DNA of 62,236 nucleotides, counting the filler, from Globobulimina sp. (Eukaryota): assembly GCA_003354225.1 (NCBI GenBank). It is 12 parts of 12 records of this genome, joined end to end, with 100 filler letters (N's around TTAATTAATTAA, not from the genome) between each part and the next. Parts side by side here need not be neighbours in the genome. Positions count along the whole stretch, not along the records: positions 31,209 to 36,304 come from PIVH01000729.1; positions 36,405 to 41,493 come from PIVH01000730.1; positions 41,594 to 46,681 come from PIVH01000731.1; 9 more parts are not named here. One strand, written 5' to 3'. This document shows positions 35,546-46,781 of the stretch, in pieces. Position 1 is the first letter of the stretch, and each line of letters begins with the position of its first letter. The notes under the pieces were generated by a model. It ran no database searches. It worked only from the letters and a program-made list of their open reading frames with translations, and was not told the origin of the DNA. Both the position numbers and the translations under genes were made by a program.

Positions 35546-36304
35546 ATGTTCAGAGTGTCTCGATCAACGTCTCGATACTCACGACCCGTTACTCAAACTG
35601 TAACAAAGTAAGCATACATTGCATTACTTCCATATATTGATTCTATGCATTTATATTTTGTTACTAATAAAGAATACAATCGTCGACACTTAAAACCATA
35701 CAAAATGCCACCACCACAATGAACATAGACGAAGACTCCGACATTTCTGCACCATCTTTAATAAGAAATCCCTATTCATGGTTGCAACACAACCACGGCG
35801 CCAATGCCATTCGTGCCTCATCCGTAGAATACAACCGCTGGTTCCAAGCAGCCCCGGCAGTGGCCACCATGTTATGTTTGGGCGGAATGTATTCCTGGTC
35901 CTTATACAATGGCCCTTTGACCCACCACATCGGTGTCATCACCCAAGTCGCAAACGACTGGTCCTTAGCGTCGGTAGTGCCTGTTTTTGGCACTTTGGTC
36001 TTTTTCAATGGAGTCGCTGGCGCAGTGTTAGGCAAATGGATCGATAGAAGTGGTCCCCGTATTTCTTATGCGGTCGGCGGTGCCATGTATGGCGGCGGTA
36101 TGATGTTAGGTGGACTTGGCGTGACTATGCATTATCTGCCACTGCTATATGCTGGCTATGGCATTATCGGCGGTCTTGGGCATGTATGTATTATTTCATT
36201 TCGTTTATTATAAAATCAGCAGCAAATCAAAAAACAATAAGGCAATATGCTACATCTCGTCCATATCGACCTTGATCCAGTTTTTCCCGGACAAAAGAGG
36301 CTTG
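35546..36304 (+). CDS. MFS transporter, oxalate:formate antiporter (OFA)-like, 3'-truncated
   Basis: Introns 35608-35672 and 36184-36241 restore the frame. Motifs GGMYSWS, GKWIDRSGPR, YGIIGGLG, FFPDKRGL. Confidence 0.88.
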
Positions 36305-36518
36305 NNNNNNNNNNNNNNNNNNNNNNNNNNNNNNNNNNNNNNNNNNNNTTAATTAATTAANNNNNNNNNNNNNNNNNNNNNNNNNNNNNNNNNNNNNNNN
36401 NNNNAATACCACATATGCCGTACAACAATACAGTATACAACAAAATTATCAATGTTTCAACAAAAACAAGGAAGTAAAGCAGCGCCACGGCATATTTTAG
36501 AGAGAGAAGAAAAGTGCA

Positions 36519-37769
36519 TTACATACTTGCTGCAATTGTCGCTACAGCCAATGGCCAATTGACCGGTTGTTTATTCCTAATGAGATCTTCCAATGCATTC
36601 AAATTCTCAGATAATGTCTCATCGACCATATTCATTGAACGTTTCGGCCCAAACAATTCCGCCACTTTCTTCCTATCCTCAACCGTCGGAATATAATTAA
36701 ACGAATTCGCGCCTCCGACGCCAAACGTACTGGCAAAGTGTTGCAATTTCTGCATTGGAGTAAGATTCATCGGTTGATTTACATTCATTCTCTTCATTTC
36801 TTCCAACAACGTTAATAATTTCCTTGATTCTATATTTGATAATGGGTCATTATTAATTTGTTGATTTGCCAATTGATTTATTTGTGGCGCAGCAGGACCT
36901 AAAATATTCTGCGTAAATGCTTGCAAATTCATGCCATTTCCGTCATTACTCGCATTCACATTGCTGACATTCAAATTACTCATATCCAGATTTACAGCCC
37001 TCTGACTTGATACTGCTGCACCTAAATTACTCGCATTCTGTGCTTTGGGCACCGGAGGGTTAAAAAGAGGAATTTGTTTATTTAATCCTGCTTCAATTGC
37101 CCTAAAGTGTGTCGCTGCAATTTTGCACAACGTCTTCCCATCGATTAACTGCTCAATTTTTTGATAATTCAAAACAACCGCTTCATTCGATAATGCTTTT
37201 TTAAATTCCAACGCAATGTCAATAAATAAATCACTAAATTTCAATCTTAATTCCGTTAATGAATCAGCCTCATCCCTACAAACACCAAATTTCATTAAAT
37301 CATTGTAATTGATATTTAAAAAAGTAAAACCTTTCTCCGGTGATGCTGTTGCCCGCCAAATCGCTAACTGATCATTGATCTGCTGTTCCGCGTCAATGAC
37401 TACCTGCCTTATAAAGCCAACCTTTGCTGGTTTCAATGAACCAATCGCAGCAATCATGAACTTGGTCATCATGGTAATAATCTTCTGCCCCTTCTGATAA
37501 TTATTTATCTTCAATGTTTTAAAGAAAGGCATAATCATTTTAAACACCCTGTCTTGCACTTGCTTCGTGGTAATCATTATCTTATTGTTTGCCCACGTTC
37601 TAATCGCCACCGCTGAATCAATTCTCTCTAAACCAAACATTACATCATTGTACGTATCACTGCATACTACAACGTGTGTTACAAATATTGACGTTGCTAA
37701 GACTCGCGAGAAATTCGCCTGCATTTTGTTATATTCATTCAACTGAATATTTGTTATTTTATTAAGCAT
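36519..37769 (-). CDS. Hypothetical protein, ends uncertain
   Basis: 416-codon ORF with no recognised motif. Confidence 0.6.
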   Translation of the reverse strand: MLNKITNIQLNEYNKMQANFSRVLATSIFVTHVVVCSDTYNDVMFGLERIDSAVAIRTWANNKIMITTKQVQDRVFKMIMPFFKTLKINNYQKGQKIITMMTKFMIAAIGSLKPAKVGFIRQVVIDAEQQINDQLAIWRATASPEKGFTFLNINYNDLMKFGVCRDEADSLTELRLKFSDLFIDIALEFKKALSNEAVVLNYQKIEQLIDGKTLCKIAATHFRAIEAGLNKQIPLFNPPVPKAQNASNLGAAVSSQRAVNLDMSNLNVSNVNASNDGNGMNLQAFTQNILGPAAPQINQLANQQINNDPLSNIESRKLLTLLEEMKRMNVNQPMNLTPMQKLQHFASTFGVGGANSFNYIPTVEDRKKVAELFGPKRSMNMVDETLSENLNALEDLIRNKQPVNWPLAVATIAASM

Positions 37770-38001
37770 ATTGCTTCGACTAATTGTTAATTGTTTCTCT
37801 TTCTTTTGCTTTTCTTCTGTTGCCCTTATGTTTGAGAAAGAAAAGTTTTAGCAAGTCAGTGATACTCAAAAACCACTTCAGAAACACACAACATTTATTA
37901 ATTAAATAATCTCAAAAACAAAAATGAAACATCCGTTTTAGCAAACGTAGAGATTTATATGGTGAATAAAATGATTTCACTCGATAGAATTGAAAGACAT
38001 T

Positions 38002-38928
38002 TCAAAATAAACTGTCAATATACAGGCACTGGCATGGTTTATAAATGAATTTCCAAAAATATCCAGCTTTTGAGTTTGGTGTTACAACAAAATAAATGCA
38101 TGTGTTTGATATCAATCCTTGTGCTAATAATACCAATGGATATGTGTTTGAATGAAACACATAAAATGATACAATAACATTAAATGCTGCTGCTTTGACC
38201 ACAACGAAAAATATAATCCGACTCAATTCCATTACAATCAGCTTTGCTGTGGTACGGTTTATTTGTGGATCTGTGCAGATATGGTTCAATTTCTGTTGCA
38301 ATCCGCATATGGTTAGCACGTATAATGTATATATTACAATTGCAATCAAAGCATAATGAGCAAATACAGCGATTGCATCTGCCTCAACTGAACATATTTT
38401 AAAAACGCCATAATGAAAAGTAGTCACTGCAGTTATCTTATTGTGGTGCAAAAAAGCCGTTAAATGGAACCCAATGTATGAATGTAACAAAAGTGTGCAA
38501 ATTCTATAAATTCTATATCTTTTCAAATCAAAATCATATTTATTTTCAAATAATATATTTTGAACATGAAGAGATGCCATAATAAATAATAAACCTTCGC
38601 CAATATAAAACAGGAATGTTGTAATGTTTATAGCTTCGGCACAATTAGTTACTGTGTATTCCTCTGATTGAAAAAGTCTATGTGCGTTATTATACAAATA
38701 ACTGGTATTGAAACTAATGGTGCATTGAATTATAAATAATAAAACAAAACAGTATGACAGTAATTTGGTAGATAATCCAGGTTTCATTTCGGGCTGACAT
38801 TTTGTGAAGTAATCTGACAACAATAATGTATGTAACCAAAAAGCTCCTAAACTCACTATATTTGTGACATTACAATAATCAATCAACTTCATGAGTATAC
38901 AGATGTAGCTAGCTACAGGTTTTGTCAT
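38002..38928 (-). CDS. Divergent 7TM-like membrane protein
   Basis: About 7 hydrophobic segments with loop cysteines. Confidence 0.65.
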   Translation of the reverse strand: MTKPVASYICILMKLIDYCNVTNIVSLGAFWLHTLLLSDYFTKCQPEMKPGLSTKLLSYCFVLLFIIQCTISFNTSYLYNNAHRLFQSEEYTVTNCAEAINITTFLFYIGEGLLFIMASLHVQNILFENKYDFDLKRYRIYRICTLLLHSYIGFHLTAFLHHNKITAVTTFHYGVFKICSVEADAIAVFAHYALIAIVIYTLYVLTICGLQQKLNHICTDPQINRTTAKLIVMELSRIIFFVVVKAAAFNVIVSFYVFHSNTYPLVLLAQGLISNTCIYFVVTPNSKAGYFWKFIYKPCQCLYIDSLF

Positions 38929-38995
38929 TAAAAATCAACACTGCTAAACATGGTATTACGTTATTTTACCTAGCAAATTGCAACTAAATGACATG

Positions 38996-39394
38996 CTATT
39001 TTTGTTGTGCTACATTTTCCTTTATTATTGTGTCAATCACAAGTTGTACATCAGAATCAGGCTCCGTTTCCATAACATCTGTTCCATGTTTTTCCAGATA
39101 ATGTTTATAAACTTCCTTTTCGTATGCAGATGGCCGTAAAGATGCTCCTCCTTCCAATCTGAAGTGACGATCTATTGCATATCATATTGATGTCAGATTA
39201 TTGATAATGATTTGAGTAACATACAGTTATCTTGGTATGTCCATTTATACCATTCAGCACCAGCACCCATACAAAATGCAACTGGGGCGGCTCTTGTCCA
39301 CCAAAATGTTATTCTAGCATTGCGTGTCCTGTATCTCAGTGTTGCGTGTTCATACCATCTAAGACTTAGTCCGCGTAAGCCGTCCTTTAATGAA
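38996..39394 (-). CDS. Small spliced protein absent from the ORF track (first exon unresolved)
   Basis: Intron 39172-39224 joins SLKDGLRG...RAAPVAFCMGAGAEWYKWTYQDN to YRHFRLEGG...QQK*. Confidence 0.6.
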
Positions 39395-39558
39395 CTGTTT
39401 ATTTAATTTGTTATGATGCGTTTAAATTTAGAAACTATAAGAATTTTACAATAAATGGTACATTCCCAATGGTAGAAGACATGATGAACACTTTACGAGG
39501 CTTGTATAATAAATTGTGTTTTTTAGTTTTTAAGTCTTTTTTTTTTATTTTTGCAACC

Positions 39559-41244
39559 ATGTCGTGGTTCACCTGGTTGTACCCACTATACTGCATCATA
39601 CACATCTCACTGCACCACATAAACAGCCAACAATTCATACAATCAGCTCTTCTAAAACCATCATCCATATCCACCTTATCCGGCATATCAGTCTCAATGA
39701 GTCCCTCCGTACGCATAATAAACGACAAATGGAGTGTCAATGTGGCCACTCAACAAGGCTCAGATCTAGCGATCTCAATGGATAATCGATGGGGTTTCCA
39801 CCCATTGTATCCATCCTCATTACAACTCCATATCACCGGCAATACGTCCAATCAAACTGTACGCGACGACGGTGAATTATTATTCATATTTAGTGTGGAA
39901 AACGAATATTTCACAGAAATGGTCTCGTTGGACAATCGAAAAACTGCTTATAAAGAATGTCCAATTTCCCGCTCAAACTTATTAATCCGTGACATGGATG
40001 AAATGATTAACAGCATTGCCCCCGACCGCTACCATCGCTTTTGCAATAATTCGGTAAGAACCACGCAAAACAATGTGATTGATTATTGGCACAGCGTCGG
40101 CAGCACCAAATTGCCGGCACAGTGGCCAATGTTCATCAGTATCGCCAACAATCCACTTTTAAACATCATACAGTATTCGTGGACCGATCGCAGCAACGCT
40201 TTGAACCGCGTCTCCTCGCAATACACCTCTTCCTTTGCCACCCAACAAGGAATAAACATATATATTTCTGGCGACGATAAGTACGAAGCTTTCTACATCT
40301 TTTCCATCGACGTGAGCTATAGATATACCATACCAACCTCCACCAAATCGCCCAGCACAAATCCCTCCAATCTGCCATCTGCGGCACCGAGCAAATCCCC
40401 TTCCATATTCCCCACTTACTCTCCTTCCAAACTTGCAACATTTTCACCTACTTTGCTTGCACAGACAAGCACAGTTCCAACGGCAGCGGCAGCCGCAACG
40501 ACATTGCCGCCGAGTTTATCGCCTTCGTATAGCATAATCACTGAGATAATCCGTCATAACTCCACTGTGGTTCCGGTAGTGATGGATAGTGAGAGCGCGG
40601 CCCGAATGTCCTGGTTCCAATCATTTGTCATTATATTGTCAGTCTTTGTGTTTTTAACTGGCTGGCTTGCCTTCTTTGGCTTTGTCTATTTCACCAAACA
40701 CAAAAAGAAAGCCAGATGCCAGAAAGAGTCGGATGTGGTGGTGTCTGTGCGCGAGGGCATGGATATGCACATGAACGCATATGACGGCAATCTGGATGCG
40801 ATCACTGTGTCTGATAAAGGCAGTTATAAGTCTGAGTCGGCGCTCATTGCGGATGAGTCCAATAGAAACGCAAATGCTTCAGCTTCCGGCTCTAGGTCGA
40901 CGAGTGAAGTGAGTGTGGATGGATCGTCATCCACATCGCAGCCAATTGCTTGCGAGAAGCAGAAAGAAGATAATGTGCCAATGTTGAATGCAATTGCCAT
41001 CATTAACAATGATATCCATAATCCGATGGATTCGCCAGTCTTGCAATCTGAAACAGGAACGAATGACTCTGAGACTGATACCGATACGGAGACGAATAGC
41101 AACACAAATACGTCTGAGTCATTTATGTACGAACCAGGGAATAATGGGTATGCTTTTCATGGCTTTCATCTGCAACATTCCATCAGACAGCAACAGTTAT
41201 ATAAAAATAAAGCGGCAGCTAATTATTCCGCGAATATGAATTAA
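39559..41244 (+). CDS. Type I membrane protein with uncharacterised beta-rich ectodomain and Pro/Ser/Thr stalk
   Basis: Signal, ectodomain, stalk, TM and Ser-rich tail; paralogous to 41896-43161. Confidence 0.8.
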   Translation: MSWFTWLYPLYCIIHISLHHINSQQFIQSALLKPSSISTLSGISVSMSPSVRIINDKWSVNVATQQGSDLAISMDNRWGFHPLYPSSLQLHITGNTSNQTVRDDGELLFIFSVENEYFTEMVSLDNRKTAYKECPISRSNLLIRDMDEMINSIAPDRYHRFCNNSVRTTQNNVIDYWHSVGSTKLPAQWPMFISIANNPLLNIIQYSWTDRSNALNRVSSQYTSSFATQQGINIYISGDDKYEAFYIFSIDVSYRYTIPTSTKSPSTNPSNLPSAAPSKSPSIFPTYSPSKLATFSPTLLAQTSTVPTAAAAATTLPPSLSPSYSIITEIIRHNSTVVPVVMDSESAARMSWFQSFVIILSVFVFLTGWLAFFGFVYFTKHKKKARCQKESDVVVSVREGMDMHMNAYDGNLDAITVSDKGSYKSESALIADESNRNANASASGSRSTSEVSVDGSSSTSQPIACEKQKEDNVPMLNAIAIINNDIHNPMDSPVLQSETGTNDSETDTDTETNSNTNTSESFMYEPGNNGYAFHGFHLQHSIRQQQLYKNKAAANYSANMN

Positions 41245-41895
41245 TTGTTAATTAATATTGTGAGTTATTGTTTTTTTTTATTATTGTTACTTTTTGGGTG
41301 GGCGGGTTTTCTTTGTTATGTAACCTTTTATTATGTTTATTATATCTTTTTTTTTCAAGTTTTTTTTTATTTGATTTAATTCAATGCAAAACCACAAAGT
41401 CTATACGGTATATGCATGCTAATCGAAATAGTTTCTGCTGTGTACGTATACAGAAACACATTCAAAAGCGATTCCAAATCGATTAAAACATGTNNNNNNN
41501 NNNNNNNNNNNNNNNNNNNNNNNNNNNNNNNNNNNNNTTAATTAATTAANNNNNNNNNNNNNNNNNNNNNNNNNNNNNNNNNNNNNNNNNNNNGCCGAAA
41601 ACAAAAAGTGCTTTTATAACGTGTGCTAATATTAGTAATATATAGACTTTAATATGGTTAATCAATCACAAAAGAAGTGTTTAGAAGTGTGAACCTAAAA
41701 ACTCAATTACGTCATTCATGCAGAAAAATAATAAAAAAAAACATGTAAAATTAAACGAAAAACTATAATTATAAGGACCTTAATATTTCTTAGAGTTTTG
41801 AAGAAAATTCTGGGCTCCGGTTAATATGAATTATGATAGGCTATCAATAATATAGTATACTTAAACTAGGCCCAAGATTTTATAAAAAACGAATT

Positions 41896-43161
41896 CTATC
41901 TATCAACAAATATTGTAACATTATTTATGTTTTCACCTCCCTCTATACTTTCTATTGTTGACATATGTTCTATTTCGACATTTGTGTCATGACTCTCATC
42001 ATCTGCAACACATATTTTTTTATCATCATCCTGTAATTGAGCCAATTGAAGATTTGCATTCATTTCATTTGCATTGCCACTAAATTCACTCTCACCATTA
42101 AACATTGTTACACCTGGGACTGCCTTAGGACTCTTAGCTATATCCTTATTCATTTTCCTTTTATAAAATATAATACCAATTATAATGCCTGCCACAAAAC
42201 ATATCGCTGCAACACTCACAATCACCAAATATATTAAAATCTGGTTGTTTGTAGCAATTGCGACTGCTGAAGAACTAGTTTGCGATGTAGTAGGAGTCAT
42301 AAACGTAGTTGTGACGGTTGAAAGACTTGGAGTTGCTGTTGATTTCCAAGACTGTGTTGGAATGGATGTTGGTGAAAATGTCGTTTGGTCGAATGTTGTG
42401 GTAGTAAATGTGCTGGGAGTCGGAGATGACGAATACGCGATTTCGAATGAAAACACACCAAATGCTTTATTGCTCCCAACCTCATTGTTCATGATATATA
42501 TATCCATTCCTTCATTCGCATCAAACGCACTATCAAATGTAGCGGTTATTAGCGTGTTTTGGGACTGTATACATTCATAATATACTTTATTATTAATTGG
42601 ATCATTGATTATATTAATGTTCAATGGCCATCGCAACCCGCGCAGATATGGTGTTTCTCCAATATCGTTCCATTGATTGTTATTTGATATTCTATCCCAT
42701 CGAGTATCGCCACTTTGGATAATATTATTTACAATATCATAATTTGTGGCTAATTCTGCGCCGTGATCATTTGGATATATTTTCCATGGAATGTCATTCT
42801 CCAAATTAATAACAACGCTAAAATATTTGTTGTTGTTTGAGCTGAATAAAATCAACATCGCACCAATTTGTGCGAAATTCGGAATAAATCCATCGATTGT
42901 GATACTAAGTGTTGATTGGGAGGCAGCATTGAAGCCCAATTGGTTGGTTATCTGAAGTGCTATATCATAACCAATATGTGATATTGGATTTACTATCCAT
43001 TTGCCATTTAGGATGTTGACATTGGACGGAATTATTTGTACAGCTATTCCATTGTTTGTGATTGTAGATGCATTTATATCTGGATAGAATATATATGCAT
43101 CAATACATGATAACTGTAAAAATAGAAACATAAGCATGACGAATGCAGTTTTGGCTCCCAT
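41896..43161 (-). CDS. Type I membrane protein, same family as 39559-41244
   Basis: Shared motifs KWxVN, GxDxA, WPxxIxIxNxP, GxxIYI. Confidence 0.8.
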   Translation of the reverse strand: MGAKTAFVMLMFLFLQLSCIDAYIFYPDINASTITNNGIAVQIIPSNVNILNGKWIVNPISHIGYDIALQITNQLGFNAASQSTLSITIDGFIPNFAQIGAMLILFSSNNNKYFSVVINLENDIPWKIYPNDHGAELATNYDIVNNIIQSGDTRWDRISNNNQWNDIGETPYLRGLRWPLNINIINDPINNKVYYECIQSQNTLITATFDSAFDANEGMDIYIMNNEVGSNKAFGVFSFEIAYSSSPTPSTFTTTTFDQTTFSPTSIPTQSWKSTATPSLSTVTTTFMTPTTSQTSSSAVAIATNNQILIYLVIVSVAAICFVAGIIIGIIFYKRKMNKDIAKSPKAVPGVTMFNGESEFSGNANEMNANLQLAQLQDDDKKICVADDESHDTNVEIEHMSTIESIEGGENINNVTIFVDR

Positions 43162-43342
43162 GGTTTTTGCTATATAAAACCTTTGATTTAATACTTAACC
43201 ACCATGAGTCAGCGACGACCGCCAACATCTGGTCCATCTGGATCATCCCAGCGCCATACATCCAGTCATGCATCAGCGCCTCGACGTCAAGCGTCACAAC
43301 GTCGTTCCCTGCGTCCAGGTTTCGCATCGTCAAGCCTCGTCC

Positions 43343-45232
43343 ATGGCTCTCGTGCAACAAAAATTAGCTGAAATGGGAAGTTATGCTAAATACTACAAAG
43401 CCATAACACAGAATCCATTTCAAGTTAAAATCCGCTGTGCCTGTGGTCGTTCTCGTAACATGGCCTGGATGTTTTTATGCACTTATTGTGCCACTGGAAC
43501 CAAAGTAGAAAAAGAAGCTAAATCCGATACATCCAATGCATTGTCCAAAGTAGCATCCACCAAAGAAGAAGATACTAAAAAACAAGCACCCAAAACAGAA
43601 GAAAAAACCCAAGCACACAAAACAGATACCGCACAACGTGCATATTTAAGTTGTGATTTATGCGCGCAAAAAATGACTGAATCCTATTATTGCCCGCATT
43701 GCTTAGCTGCGTACCCTGCTCATTATGTCAAATTACACACTCGGTGCACCCGTTGCGTATCCTGTCCAGTCTGTACTTCCCCGTTAGAAAAAATCGTATA
43801 TTCCGGCTCTTCCAGCTCCAAATCCAGCGATGTGAGTGACAGTAAAAGCAGTCGTACCAAGCCAAAAAAAGACGTGTATTTATACCAATGTCCATTTTGT
43901 TTCTGGAGCTCCAATATTGTCGGTTTGGAAGCTTCCGAAAGTGAAGCACTGTTAGAAAATCTCAAGGAGAAATTAAAGCGGCCCGTCGAGGAAAAAACAT
44001 TGATTATGAACGAGATCAAAAATAAATACTTGCAGATGAATGAAGAGCTACGCAAAGAAGAGGACCGCATCGAGAAAAGTAAACGTTTTCATACCTATAA
44101 AGGTGGCCGCTCACTGTTCAGCAATGGGAAGAAGAAAAACGATTCAATGGACAAAAAAAGCAAAGTGAAAATCTCGTTGGCAGCGCCGCAACATCAACAT
44201 GGCAGACAACCGTCGATGCAAAGTGTAGAAACGCTCAATGCTTTGGAGACTATGAAGAAGAAATTGCGTAAGAAATTTGAAGTGAACCATGTATTGAATA
44301 CTGCGCGGGAACGCAATATTGAACCACCATTGGATCAACGTTACGTTTCCCAGTTTCATTTGCGTAATGTGTCACCGTTGGAACATCGCTTGAACGATCC
44401 GCTGAATCAATATGTTGAAATGGACCGATATGTACCGCAGAGATTTCATTTAATGACCAAGGAATCGTACAAATGCCCCAGTGAGCATTGTGGCAAATAT
44501 GTGTGTAAGCCGACGTTGCGAGGTCGTCAGGCCAATTATGATAAACGCACCGCAGTGTTGGACTATTTGCCACGGATTAACATCGAAATGAAGTCCGTGT
44601 CGGGCATGATCACTGGCAATAAGACTGAGATTGTAATCATGGTTCAAAATCGACATTTGTATGAGGCGAGTTTTAAATTTGACGCCAGTATTAATGAAAA
44701 TGATTTGTATTCCACCGCAAAGATATCGTGTTCATCGGAGTGGTTTGTGATAGATCCGGCGGACATTCATATTAAAGGAGGCAAACAAAAGGATGTTACC
44801 AAGGCCAATGGGGATTATGTGAAGGGGAAAGAAGCGGGGATCACTTTTATTGTTGTGCCCAAACATTACAGTACGGGGCCGAGGAATGTCAAATTCAGTG
44901 TACGCTGTGTGTTTAAAACAAAGTTGCAGTTGAAAGACGATAAGAGTACGGATAAGAGCTCGAGCAGCAGCGGGAGCGGTGGTGGCGGCAGCAGTGCTTC
45001 GGCAAAGGAGAAGAATAAAGCGCCATTGCTTGATACTCATTTGCCGTATATTTTAGATTTTGAATTGGGTGAAGCCAAATCACCGGATTCGTTGCAAGCT
45101 GGCTTACCGAATATAGCGGAACAGCCGAAACCAAAGGCACCTGAAAAGGAGAGGGATAATCAAAATCAAAATCAAAATCAACCACAACATAAATCAAGAA
45201 AGTCGAATGAGAATATACCAACTAATATTTGA
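43343..45232 (+). CDS. DCTN4: Dynactin subunit p62
   Basis: SYYCPHCL, RCTRCVSCPVCTSPL, YQCPFCFWSS and LMTKESYKCP..C..YVCKP. The true start may be 43204 across a frameshift. Confidence 0.85.
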   Translation: MALVQQKLAEMGSYAKYYKAITQNPFQVKIRCACGRSRNMAWMFLCTYCATGTKVEKEAKSDTSNALSKVASTKEEDTKKQAPKTEEKTQAHKTDTAQRAYLSCDLCAQKMTESYYCPHCLAAYPAHYVKLHTRCTRCVSCPVCTSPLEKIVYSGSSSSKSSDVSDSKSSRTKPKKDVYLYQCPFCFWSSNIVGLEASESEALLENLKEKLKRPVEEKTLIMNEIKNKYLQMNEELRKEEDRIEKSKRFHTYKGGRSLFSNGKKKNDSMDKKSKVKISLAAPQHQHGRQPSMQSVETLNALETMKKKLRKKFEVNHVLNTARERNIEPPLDQRYVSQFHLRNVSPLEHRLNDPLNQYVEMDRYVPQRFHLMTKESYKCPSEHCGKYVCKPTLRGRQANYDKRTAVLDYLPRINIEMKSVSGMITGNKTEIVIMVQNRHLYEASFKFDASINENDLYSTAKISCSSEWFVIDPADIHIKGGKQKDVTKANGDYVKGKEAGITFIVVPKHYSTGPRNVKFSVRCVFKTKLQLKDDKSTDKSSSSSGSGGGGSSASAKEKNKAPLLDTHLPYILDFELGEAKSPDSLQAGLPNIAEQPKPKAPEKERDNQNQNQNQPQHKSRKSNENIPTNI

Positions 45233-45454
45233 TGATTTATTCGTTTTTATAATTGTTGTGCTTTGGGTATTTGTTTTTTTGTGTGCTTTGTCATTGCTTT
45301 TTTGTATTTTTTGGTCATCGTTCAGTTGTTGTTTATCACCAAAAGCAAATCACAAGAACTATTCTCTGTTGAAAGCAGTTTTTGAGATTTTCTAAATTTA
45401 AAGTAGTACACTAAACGTTAATTTATATTTTAGCATCAACTTGAGCTGAGGAAT

Positions 45455-46681
45455 ATGTTGATTGAGCTATTTATTGTCAGTATTTTTCCAATCCAAACAT
45501 TAAGCGAAATACGAATCGAATCAGCAGGAACAATATTAAATGATAATGTATTTGAAGAATTTGGCGGCAGATCTCTTTTAACTTCGAATAGAAAATCATT
45601 TACAAATTCAGATAAACTCTCAATTCTTAATTATCATAATTATTATCGCAATTTAACAGCATCGGGATTTATAAGAAACCAACCAATCGCATCGAATATG
45701 AATGAATTATTTTGGGATTTGGGATTGGAAATAGTTGCAACGAAATATGCATCCAAATGTAGCCATAATCATAATTATCAACGAGTCTCTGAATTAAATA
45801 ATGTCAAAGAATTTGTGTCATGGAAATACGATTTGAATGGATTGACAATCGGAGAAACATTATACATTGGAAAACATAATGATATTTTAAATGGTGTGTT
45901 GTATGGAATTGATTTGTTTTTCGAAGAGCACAAAGATTATAATTATCAAACATTAGAATGTGATGAAAATGCGAGGTGGAATACCTGCGACCATTATAAA
46001 CAAATAATATCTGCAGATACTCGATATATTGGATGTGGCATCAATCATTGTGATGTGGTCAGCATTGATTCCATCAATTATTATAATGTTATTATTTTTG
46101 TTTGTAATTACTTCCCCTCATTCGTATCCAGCCAAAAACCATATAAATCAGAAGGTGGTGTATGCTCTCAATGTGACAGTGATAGAATATGTGGCAAACA
46201 CATCATCAATAAATCAGTAAATGTAAATGCACTTTGTTCCGGTTGTATGTCTGACTCATTTGTTTTTTGCAAAGACTCAAGTGATGTTTGTAAAAAATAT
46301 AAATTGGAATGTGAGTCATCGCCAACATTTCAAAGTTTATGCAAAACATCATGTAACTCTCACAATTGCAGTGTCGCAAAAGAAATAGCAAACTGTTGTT
46401 CCATCGGAATTGACAACACATTAAAATGTCCAATTGTATTATCTGAGGATGATCTAAACAAAGATACAAAATATGTGACAACCACAACCAAGACAAGTGA
46501 GGGTGATATCACTGATATGAATATGTTTGAAAATACACAAAGTACAAATTATATTACTACCATGACAACTGATCATGATGGCGATGATATTGTAATACTA
46601 CAATCTGAGAAAGATATGGTGTTTACCACAAATTCAACATTTACTCACAAGATTATTACAGAAATCGCTGTTATATTATCC
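45455..46681 (+). CDS. CAP/SCP-domain protein with Cys-rich (ShKT-like) region, 3'-truncated
   Basis: LNYHNYYR, ASNMNELFWD, CDHYKQII, IGCG, FVCNYFP. Confidence 0.9.
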
Positions 46682-46781
46682 NNNNNNNNNNNNNNNNNNN
46701 NNNNNNNNNNNNNNNNNNNNNNNNNTTAATTAATTAANNNNNNNNNNNNNNNNNNNNNNNNNNNNNNNNNNNNNNNNNNNN

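Noticed and set aside
36519-37769. Possible retroelement gag-like ORF
   Set aside because: No zinc knuckle, capsid motif, terminal repeat or adjacent pol is visible.
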